Shown: positions 56,420 to 64,000 of the stretch, piece by piece
Position numbering within the stretch: position 1 is the first letter of the stretch
Layout: every line of letters starts with the position of its first letter
Assembly: GCA_041391425.1 (NCBI GenBank)
Contig: JAWKNZ010000013.1
Location: forward strand, 436 to 64,435
DNA from: Bdellovibrionota bacterium
Lineage (GTDB): Bacteria; Bdellovibrionota_B; Oligoflexia; Oligoflexales; JAWKNZ01
Reading direction: 5' to 3'
Length of the DNA stretch: 64,000 nucleotides
The notes under the pieces: generated by a model
Database searches by the model: none
Seen by the model: only the letters and a program-made list of their open reading frames with translations
What the model was told of the DNA's origin: nothing
Translations under genes and position numbers: made by a program

Positions 56420-56863
56420 ATGGCGGGAAGCACATCAGATGATGAAGATGAAATAACAGGCATCAATGTCACTCCTTTAGTGGATGTCATGCTGGTTTTA
56501 CTTGTTATCTTCATGTTGACGGCTAATTATGTGGTCAACAGAGCGATAGAGGTTAAGCTACCCAGCGCAGAAACTGGAGATGAAAAAGTAACCACTTTAA
56601 ATATGGCGTTTCTGCTTGATAAGGATTCAAAGCTTTTTTTGGATGGAAAGCCAGTGAGTTATGATGAAATTGGTGAGAAAATTCGAGGGGTTATTGCTAT
56701 AGGAGAGGCAAGTGCAAAAAACCCCCAAGCTATGATTACAGCAGATGAACGCACCCCTCATGGTGCGGTTGTCAAACTCATTGATACTGTGAGGAAAAAC
56801 GGTATAAAGGAGTTTGCCATTAATGTAGAAGTTCCTTCGACTAACGGCTCAAAGAATGAGTAA
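56420..56863 (+). CDS. exbD: ExbD/TolR biopolymer transport protein
   Basis: ...ITGINVTPLVDVMLVLLVIFMLT... is the ExbD/TolR TM with its Asp. The size is 147 aa. Confidence 0.85.
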   Translation: MAGSTSDDEDEITGINVTPLVDVMLVLLVIFMLTANYVVNRAIEVKLPSAETGDEKVTTLNMAFLLDKDSKLFLDGKPVSYDEIGEKIRGVIAIGEASAKNPQAMITADERTPHGAVVKLIDTVRKNGIKEFAINVEVPSTNGSKNE

Positions 56864-56885
56864 CCTTGATGTGTGAGATCCATGT

Positions 56886-58327
56886 TTGGCAAATTCAATA
56901 CAAAAACTGAATGAAGATTGGTGCCGCGAATATATCTCTGAATATGTTTTTAAGCTACGTCCTGAGGAGTATCAGAATCAACATCCTATATGGCCTGGTA
57001 GCGTAGGACTTGAGGTGGAAATGCTTCCTGTCATAGCGCAATCAGACGGTTTGCCACCTAAGTTGGTCCCTTTGCAAGGGCATAGCAATACTTTGGCTAG
57101 TTGTTTAAAACGCTTATCGCTTAAAAATAATTGGCACTTTCATGAGCAGCCAGGTCCTAAAGGCGATGGAGATCTCCTTATAAAGGTAGCGATGGAAAGA
57201 GGGGATGCATTGACGTTTGAGCCTGGCGGTCAACTGGAGTTTTCTTCAGTCCCTTATCCTTGTTTAGGGGACGCCGTTAAGCGCCTACATACTGTACAAG
57301 ATGAACTTAAAAAGTCTCTTGGAGAATGCGGTATATCGCTTCTACAAATAGGGCAGAATCCCTTTTATGGGGTTGATGAAGTTGGATTGCAGATGCCCAA
57401 AGAGCGCTATCAAGCGATGGACCAGTATTTCTCAAATATCGGACCTTGGGGTCAAAGAATGATGCGTCTTACCTGTACGCTGCAGGTTTGCTTGGACTTT
57501 GGCCCCCATGAAACTATTATGGCCCAGAGGTATATACTTGGGCAATTGCTTGCGCCATTTGCTACAGCTATCTTTGCAAACTCACCTTTTTTTCAAGAAA
57601 TTTGACTGAAAGCCTTAGTTTTCGCTCTTTAGCATGGAGAGAGTTAGATCCCTCTAGAACCGGTCTACCAAAAGGGCTTGAGCTAATTTTACGTCAGTTA
57701 AATAAAGCCAGCTGTGTCGACGTTTATACGGAAATGGTACTTGATTCACAGGTTATCTTTGTTGAAGCTTTGGGTTATAAGGTTCCTGTAAAACCATTTA
57801 CGTTTCGGCAATGGTTAAGCGAATCTATTGAAGGTATAAACCCAACGGTCAAAGATTTTGAAACACAGCTATCTTTGATGTTTCCTGAAGTGCGGCCTCG
57901 AAATTTTTTGGAAATTAGATCCATCGATTGCCAATCTCAAGTATGGCAAGTTGCTCCAGCAGCTTTTTGTACAGGGATTTTATATGATGATCAAAATTTG
58001 ATTGAGGCGATAGACTTATTGGCACCAGAGTTGCCACGATTAGACTCATTATTAGTGAAAGCTGCTAACGGATTGAGAGATGAAGTTGTTCGTGGATATG
58101 CTCAAAGGTTGATGGAAATGGCTATAGAAGGTTTTTCAAGGCTTCCTTCTTGTTTTTTACTTGAAGGATCATTAAGAAATATCGAGAATTTTAACAAAAT
58201 TTTTACATCGCAAGGTAGAACACCTGGCGATGATTTAAAAGAAGCTTATCAAAAAAGATCCAATAACCAATCTTTGTACGAAGTGATTTGTTCAGTAGAT
58301 AGGCGTTGGCAGGAACTAGATGTTTGA
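56886..58327 (+). CDS. gshA: glutamate--cysteine ligase, plant/GCS2 type, split by a frame break at 57587-57605
   Basis: ...VGLEVEMLPV..., ...FEPGGQLEFSS... and ...FANSPFF are in the first frame. They continue as ...LTESLSFRSLAWRELDPSRTG... in the second frame (compare plant GCL EPGGQFELSG and ANSPF......S.R...W...D..RTG). One extra T in the T7 run restores a single ORF. Confidence 0.7.
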
Positions 58328-58346
58328 TAGCTAGGAAAGAGCGATT

Positions 58347-61300
58347 ATGTTGAAGAAAAATTTAGATCCAGAGCAAGAAGAAATGGAAGAGGTGAGGTCA
58401 GGCGCTCTGGCTGAGTCTTTAGAATTTGAAAATGAAATGAAAGGCGAAGAGCTTGAAACATATATTTCTGATATAGCTGATACGGTTAAGATAGGATTGG
58501 ATCAAAGCATTGCAATTTTGACTCCGTGGTTTTTCAATAATATGCCAAGAATTTATTATGCGACAACTCCTCGCGCTGAAAAGACGCGCCATTTGTCGGC
58601 AGTCATTACCGGTCATATATTTGAAACCAAGCAAACAGTTGAATTGTGGGATCGCGATCGTTCAAAGGTTACGTATATCGGGCCGGGAGGAGATCGAAAG
58701 ATTTTAATGAGTATGGCATCGAGGCTGGGCCCCTTAGATTTGAAAATGGGTTCGTTGTATTTTTCTCGTGATCATTTGTTGTTTTTATCTACATTTTTCT
58801 GCGATTCCTATAAAGCTGCAGATATCAAAAATAAGTATATTGCTGAAAAAATTGAAACGGCAAAAGACTTGCTTTTGGGGGAGTTTCCAGAGTGCCATGC
58901 TAAGATTGATCAATTTCTTGAAAATCTTGATCATGATTTTGTTACTTATGCCACTGCGGCGAGACTTCATATTACCTTTCGAATGTATCACCATATGTTG
59001 ATGCACGAAGGTGCCCATACAATTATTGAGCCATTTAAAAATTCTCCGACTGCTAGATTATCTATTGGCTTTAGGGACGTTAATATTTCTGACGTGATGG
59101 AAAATGTTCTGCGTATTATTAGCCGATTTGGCTTCAATATAGTGCGAGGCTTTGCCGTGCGATTCCATCACAATTTGCAAGAACCGATTCTAGTTTTACA
59201 TTTTGTGGTTCGCTATACTTCTGGGGAAGCGATTCAGCTAGAGGATTTTTCTATTCTAAAGCTTAATAAAGCTTTGAGGACTCTTGGCTGGGTGGATAAT
59301 GATGAATATGCCGAGCTTGGGCAGGAACCAGCAGACTTGTCTATCAATGGCGTCAATTTAATCCGTAGTATGGCTTCTTGGGTTCATGTATTGTTGGGCA
59401 AAGAAAACCCATACTATTATTCAGAATATAAGATTAGAACGACATTTTTTTCGTACCCTGAACTGACTTCTGCGCTTGTGGATTTGTTTAGATTGAAGTT
59501 TAGCCCCAATAAGGGTGATCAACGTAAGAATGATGGCTATGAAAAATTTCGTAATAAGCTTATTACCGATGTCCAGCAGTTAATTGATCCGGTTGAACGT
59601 AGAATATTTAGGGAATGCTTAAAGTTTACTGATCATGTTTTGAAAACAAATTATTTTCTGCCAACTAAAACTGGTTTGGCTTTTAGACTGTCCCCTGAAG
59701 TGCTGGACGAAAAATATTATCCTAACAAGCCATTTGGCATATTTTTTGTTGTCGGTTTGGATTTTAGGATGTTTCAAATCCGTTGGAAGGATATTTCCAG
59801 AGGCGGATTAAGAATTGTGATGCCTCGCAACCCTTCGGACTATGGTTTTGCGTTATCTGGTCTTTTTGATGAAGTTTATGGTTTAAGCCATGCTCAACAG
59901 TTGAAAAATAAAGATATTCCTGAAGGTGGTTCTAAGGCTGTTTTGTTGTTAACCCCCGGGGGTAATAAAAAGAGAGCAGTTCGAGGCGCTATAAATGCAT
60001 TGCTTGATCTTTTGGTGCAAGACGACGAAATTCATGAGGAAAAAGCGAGTAAGCAGGTTTCCTATTATAAGCGTGAGGAAATCATCTACTTAGGTCCTGA
60101 CGAAAATATGTCAAATGACCTAATTGAATGGGTGCCAGAACAAGCAGCTAAGCGTGGATATCCGTATGCTGCTGCATTTATGTCATCAAAGCCGAGCTCA
60201 GGTATCAATCACAAAGAGTATGGAGTGACTTCCGAAGGGTTGAATGTTTTTCTAGAGCACACCCTCAAGTTCTTAGGTATCAATCCTAAGAAAGATGCTT
60301 TTACGGTTAAACTTACGGGTGGTCCTGATGGTGATGTCGCAGGAAATGAATTGAAAATACTTCATAGGGAGTATGGCGAAAACCCAAAAGTTGTGGCTAT
60401 AGCCGATGGTTATGGTGCAGCTTACGATCCTAACGGGTTAAATTGGCAAGAATTGTTGAGCTTGGTCGAACGAGGTTTGTCGATATGTGAGTTTGATAAA
60501 GCTAAGTTGAGTAGCTCTCAAGATGCTTTTGTTATCAATGCTGATACTTCTGATAATATTCGTCGACGCAATGAGTTGCATTCATTAGCTGTTGCAGATG
60601 TTTTCATCCCAGCTGGAGGAAGGCCTTTCACAGTCAATGAAAAAAATTGGAATAGGTTTATTGATCCATCGGGTACGCCTACGTGTAAGGCTATTGTCGA
60701 AGGGGCCAATATTTTCTTCACTACCGAAGCGCGTGATAATTTACAAAATGCCGGAATTATCATGATTAAAGATTCGAGTGCAAACAAAACTGGTGTGATT
60801 TGTTCCTCTTTTGAAATCATAGCTTCCTTATTATTGACAGAAGAGGAGTTTGTCGAGATTAAGGATGTTTATGTTCTCCAGGTTGTGGAAATTTTGAAGC
60901 AGAAGGCGGGGGCAGAAGCGAATCTATTGATTGCAGAGTATGTAAAAAGTGGCCGACAAAAGAGGCTAGTTGATTTATCGATGGAAATTTCGAAGGAAAT
61001 TAATTTAGTTACAGATATTATCCATGATGAACTCGATAAAAACAAAGAAGAATTAGTCGAAGCCCCATTATTTAAACATATTATTGAAAAACATTGCCCA
61101 ACGATTCTTAGAGAGCGTTACCTAGCGCGTATTCACTCTGGATTGCCGATAGCTCATAAAGTGGCAATTATTGCTGCTTCGATTGCGAGTTATATCGTCT
61201 ACAGAGAGGGACTTGGCTGGTTACAGACAATTAACCCAGAGGATCGTTATAGGGCTACCATTACGTATATGGAACAAGTTCAGTTGACGGATCGATTGAT

Positions 61301-61421
61301 ATCTGCAGTTAAAGGATCAAACATAGATGAAAAAGAGAGGATTGCATCGATTCTTAGAATGAGTGCAGCTCGAAATCTGACAATGCTAGAAATGGCAAGT
61401 GAGCCGTTGAAGGATATTTAA
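58347..61421 (+). CDS. large NAD-specific glutamate dehydrogenase (about 115-kDa class)
   Basis: 1024 aa. The core ...ISRGGLRIVMPRNPSDYG...EVYGLSHAQQLKNKDIPEGGSKAVLLL... resembles the catalytic region of large NAD-GDHs, and ...KLTGGPDGDVAGNE... is a dinucleotide-binding loop. Confidence 0.65.
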   Translation: MLKKNLDPEQEEMEEVRSGALAESLEFENEMKGEELETYISDIADTVKIGLDQSIAILTPWFFNNMPRIYYATTPRAEKTRHLSAVITGHIFETKQTVELWDRDRSKVTYIGPGGDRKILMSMASRLGPLDLKMGSLYFSRDHLLFLSTFFCDSYKAADIKNKYIAEKIETAKDLLLGEFPECHAKIDQFLENLDHDFVTYATAARLHITFRMYHHMLMHEGAHTIIEPFKNSPTARLSIGFRDVNISDVMENVLRIISRFGFNIVRGFAVRFHHNLQEPILVLHFVVRYTSGEAIQLEDFSILKLNKALRTLGWVDNDEYAELGQEPADLSINGVNLIRSMASWVHVLLGKENPYYYSEYKIRTTFFSYPELTSALVDLFRLKFSPNKGDQRKNDGYEKFRNKLITDVQQLIDPVERRIFRECLKFTDHVLKTNYFLPTKTGLAFRLSPEVLDEKYYPNKPFGIFFVVGLDFRMFQIRWKDISRGGLRIVMPRNPSDYGFALSGLFDEVYGLSHAQQLKNKDIPEGGSKAVLLLTPGGNKKRAVRGAINALLDLLVQDDEIHEEKASKQVSYYKREEIIYLGPDENMSNDLIEWVPEQAAKRGYPYAAAFMSSKPSSGINHKEYGVTSEGLNVFLEHTLKFLGINPKKDAFTVKLTGGPDGDVAGNELKILHREYGENPKVVAIADGYGAAYDPNGLNWQELLSLVERGLSICEFDKAKLSSSQDAFVINADTSDNIRRRNELHSLAVADVFIPAGGRPFTVNEKNWNRFIDPSGTPTCKAIVEGANIFFTTEARDNLQNAGIIMIKDSSANKTGVICSSFEIIASLLLTEEEFVEIKDVYVLQVVEILKQKAGAEANLLIAEYVKSGRQKRLVDLSMEISKEINLVTDIIHDELDKNKEELVEAPLFKHIIEKHCPTILRERYLARIHSGLPIAHKVAIIAASIASYIVYREGLGWLQTINPEDRYRATITYMEQVQLTDRLISAVKGSNIDEKERIASILRMSAARNLTMLEMASEPLKDI

Positions 61422-61498
61422 GTATGACAACTGGCAGTGGGATTTCTTGCTAAGGAGTAGCGCATGGTTTTCTACGAGATGCTTCGCATACGCTCAGC

Positions 61499-61659
61499 AT
61501 GACGGTTGTTTGCTCTTGGTGTGACGGTTGTTTGCTCTTGGTGTGAGGGTTGTTTGCTCTTGGTGTGAGGGTTGTTTGCTCTTGGTGTGAGGGTTGTTTG
61601 CTCTTGGTGTGAGGGTTGTTTGCTCTTGGTGTGAGGGTTGTTTGTTCTTGGTGTGACGG
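61499..61659. repeat. 22-bp perfect-register tandem repeat, about 7.3 units, intergenic
   Basis: The unit is GTGTGA(C/G)GGTTGTTTGCTCTTG. The first two units and the last partial unit carry C, and the five units between them carry G. One unit carries GTTTGTTC. Confidence 0.9.
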
Positions 61660-61745
61660 TATGATAGTTTTTGGCTAGGTGATCTTTTCGTCCCGGTATT
61701 GTGGGGATTATGATTGGCCTGAGTTGATAATTATGTGGCTATATT

Positions 61746-62363
61746 TTAGTAATGCCCAGAATATTTTAAGCAAGATTCTGGCACTTGTTTGTTGTCAAAA
61801 ATTTTGAGTAATAATTCCGAAGATTCCTTTGGCAATGGGCAAACAAAACGAAATTTTGGACATTTATCTCGATATTCCAAGGTGAATTTATAGCCTGCTG
61901 AATTATTTACTTTTACAAAGTTAAATACTTTTTCAATTTTTGTTTTAAGCCCATTCATATGCACGCTGCTTTCTTTGTAATCTTTTTTTGCTGATTCATA
62001 TAACTTTTTTTGATCTACAATTGTATTTTCGATTTGTTTGATACGGTCGCTCGTTTGATCTATTTTGTTATTGGTTTCTAAGTCGAACTTAGAATATTTT
62101 TCTTTTTGTTTTAAGCTTTCTAGCTGCTTTTTTGCCGTAAAAAGAGGTTTTTCTAATTGTTTTAATTTTTGCTGGGTAATTTCAATCAAAGCTTTCGCTC
62201 GCTCGTTTTTATCAAAACTGGTAAGATAAATACCAGAGACCCGCTTACGGCAAAGTTCTCTGATATTTGTTTGTGGGATTTGTCCGTAAGTATGGGATTG
62301 AGATGAAAGAGTGAACAGACAAAAATACCATATTGATGCTTTTATATGACATCCTTTTTTCAT
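61746..62363 (-). CDS. hypothetical secreted coiled-coil protein
   Basis: It has an N-terminal hydrophobic signal and a K/E/Q-rich middle. No family could be assigned. Confidence 0.4.
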   Translation of the reverse strand: MKKGCHIKASIWYFCLFTLSSQSHTYGQIPQTNIRELCRKRVSGIYLTSFDKNERAKALIEITQQKLKQLEKPLFTAKKQLESLKQKEKYSKFDLETNNKIDQTSDRIKQIENTIVDQKKLYESAKKDYKESSVHMNGLKTKIEKVFNFVKVNNSAGYKFTLEYRDKCPKFRFVCPLPKESSELLLKIFDNKQVPESCLKYSGHY

Positions 62364-62660
62364 AAACCGAATGCACCTTTCGTAGCAGGTTCGAACTCTT
62401 CACGGAAAAAGCAGTATATGAGCTGAAATTTATTATAAAAGTTATCTAAAAAACATTGAGGAATCGTGCCATTACCAACGATTACTAGTTTTTTAGGGGC
62501 AATGTTTTACAAACAATTTTCTTTTCTTCTTTAAGTATATCCAAACAAATCAAGTTTGCATATATAGTGAGAAGATAGATCGAAATTTATGGTGTGAAGT
62601 TTGCTACTAGCTGGCTAGATTTACCCTGCTAACAATTGATACATATGATAGGGATATATT

Positions 62661-64000
62661 ATGAACAAAGAAAATTTTTTGACTGATAACCCTGATATTC
62701 TATTCCATTTAGAAAAAAGGACTGACGTTACAACTTTGTTTGAATGGACTCTACCTGAAGATAAAGAAATACTTTCAGCTAATACTCCGGACGAATATCG
62801 TAAAATTTGGCTTGATATGCTTGAGGGCTATGGAGAATTTTGCGGATCGGTTGTGGCTAGTAGCGTTGAGCAAGTTGAAAAAGAAGATTTGATTCTTAAA
62901 GATGGCGAAGTGCAAATAGGCCCAACGATGAAAGGGATAGTCGATGGTTTGTTGGAAATGGGGATTCCAGCATTGAGTATTGCAAGCAAGTATGACGGCC
63001 TTGGGGCACCTTTTTTTGTAGAAATGGTAACTTGTGAAATAGGCAATCGTGCTTGTCCTTCCATGGTTTTGAACGCCGGTTGGTGGGGACCAATTGCTCA
63101 TATTATCGAGCAATTTGGCTCGGAGGAATTAAAGTCGGAATATATCCCAAGAATTGCTTCAGGTGAATTTTCTGGAAATATGGCTTTAACTGAAGCAGGT
63201 GCTGGTTCTGATTTGGCTGCGATTCGAACCTATGGAGAAGAACAGGCTGACGGTAGCTGGATACTAAATGGTAGCAAACAATTCATTAGTAATGGAAATA
63301 GCCAAGTAAGCCTAGTACTGGCGATGAACAAAAAGGGAGCGACTTCTTTAAGTGATTTGAGCTTGTATCTATGCCCTAGTGAGGTGGATGGTAAAAAGAA
63401 TATCCATGTTACAAAAATAGAGGAAAAAGTTGGTTTGCATGGATCAGCGACTTGCGAATTACTTTATAAAGATGCGAAAGCATATTTACTAGGGGAAAGC
63501 GGTAAAGGCTTTAAATACATGCTTCGGCTTATGAACGATGCGCGTATTGCCGTTGGTTTCCAAGGGTTAGGGCTTATGGAAGCAACGTTGAGGCTTGCAA
63601 AAGATTATGCGTCCCAAAGAAAAACCTGGGATAAGCCAATTGCACAGCATGAGTTGATTGCCGAAAAGCTATTGGACCTTGAAGTTGAAACTCGCGGATT
63701 TAGAAGTTTATGTTATCAGGCAGCGCAAACAAAGGCTTTAATTTATGCAGGTGAAAAGTTTTTACAAGCTAATCCTGATCTCTCGAAGGAAAAGCGTGAA
63801 GAAATTAACGCTAAATTAAAGAAATATAACTCTAGGGTTAGAAGGTGGACGCCACTTATTAAATATATTGCTGGGGAGCAATCTTTTAGACATGCGAGGA
63901 CGGCACTGCAAATCCATGGAGGATATGGTTTTACTAAGGAGTACAGAGCTGAGTGGTGGGTGCGGGAAAGCTTGATATATTCACTGTATGAGGGAACATC
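62661..64000 (+). CDS. acyl-CoA dehydrogenase (3' end outside the window)
   Basis: This ORF is absent from the ORF track because it runs off the window edge. The ATG at 62661 gives MNKENFLTDNPD..., then ...GNMALTEAGAGSDLAAIRT..., ...GSKQFISNG... and ...ALQIHGGYGFTKEY.... Confidence 0.85.
   Translation, partial: MNKENFLTDNPDILFHLEKRTDVTTLFEWTLPEDKEILSANTPDEYRKIWLDMLEGYGEFCGSVVASSVEQVEKEDLILKDGEVQIGPTMKGIVDGLLEMGIPALSIASKYDGLGAPFFVEMVTCEIGNRACPSMVLNAGWWGPIAHIIEQFGSEELKSEYIPRIASGEFSGNMALTEAGAGSDLAAIRTYGEEQADGSWILNGSKQFISNGNSQVSLVLAMNKKGATSLSDLSLYLCPSEVDGKKNIHVTKIEEKVGLHGSATCELLYKDAKAYLLGESGKGFKYMLRLMNDARIAVGFQGLGLMEATLRLAKDYASQRKTWDKPIAQHELIAEKLLDLEVETRGFRSLCYQAAQTKALIYAGEKFLQANPDLSKEKREEINAKLKKYNSRVRRWTPLIKYIAGEQSFRHARTALQIHGGYGFTKEYRAEWWVRESLIYSLYEGT

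Noticed and set aside
61499-61659. Possible CRISPR array, suggested by regularly repeated 22-bp units.
   Set aside because: The units are directly adjacent with no unique spacers, and no cas genes are nearby. This is a simple tandem repeat.
62775-63113. Three overlapping minus-strand ORFs (62775-63113, 62828-63064, 62896-63093).
   Set aside because: They are antisense to a strongly supported acyl-CoA dehydrogenase frame that starts at 62661 and is missing from the ORF track only because it runs off the window.

Overview
Visibly AT-rich chromosomal segment from a Gram-negative bacterium. Evidence for that: lipobox lipoproteins, an outer-membrane beta-barrel candidate, ExbB/ExbD, and sigma-54 enhancer-binding proteins. 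The gene mix loosely resembles Bdellovibrionota/Oligoflexia-type genomes, but this cannot be established without a database search.

Housekeeping and metabolic genes:
- pta, asnB, tag, ogt
- a Dpp/Opp-type ABC importer without ATPase genes
- a UbiB/ABC1 kinase
- a plant-type glutamate-cysteine ligase
- a large NAD-glutamate dehydrogenase
- an acyl-CoA dehydrogenase that runs off the 3' edge

These are interleaved with two tRNA-associated accessory patches.

Patch 1 (about 1-4740):
- two tyrosine-integrase remnants
- an AbiEi/AbiEii abortive-infection TA pair
- a 1.5-kb rve-type IS with 28-bp inverted repeats, inserted into an integrase gene
- one intact tRNA-Leu(CAA)
- a 3' half and a 5' half of another tRNA-Leu(CAA); these share a 17-bp direct repeat that brackets the patch

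Patch 2 (about 22718-28753):
- tRNA-Arg(TCT)
- an MNT/HEPN TA pair whose HEPN gene is frame-broken in a T8/A8 run
- a frame-broken DJ-1/PfpI-like lipoprotein
- an IS200/IS605 TnpA C-terminal remnant
- a repeat-bearing lipoprotein esterase
- two of the three near-identical copies of a roughly 185-bp MITE-like hairpin element

Most interesting candidates: two non-canonical MotA/MotB-type (stator-like) gene pairs, each next to one accessory patch.
- 5063-7717: a PilZ protein, then a MotA/ExbB-like protein with a roughly 245-aa helical cytoplasmic tail (ZorA-like architecture), then a MotB/OmpA-like protein (ZorB-like). No recognisable Zorya effector genes are present.
- 28811-31667: a MotB/OmpA-like protein with a roughly 400-aa coiled coil between the TM plug and the peptidoglycan-binding domain, then a MotA-like protein.

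The window also holds a dense two-component/sigma-54/Hpt regulatory cluster and c-di-GMP components (one EAL protein, two PilZ proteins). Several frame breaks coincide with homopolymer runs, so they may be assembly errors rather than biology.
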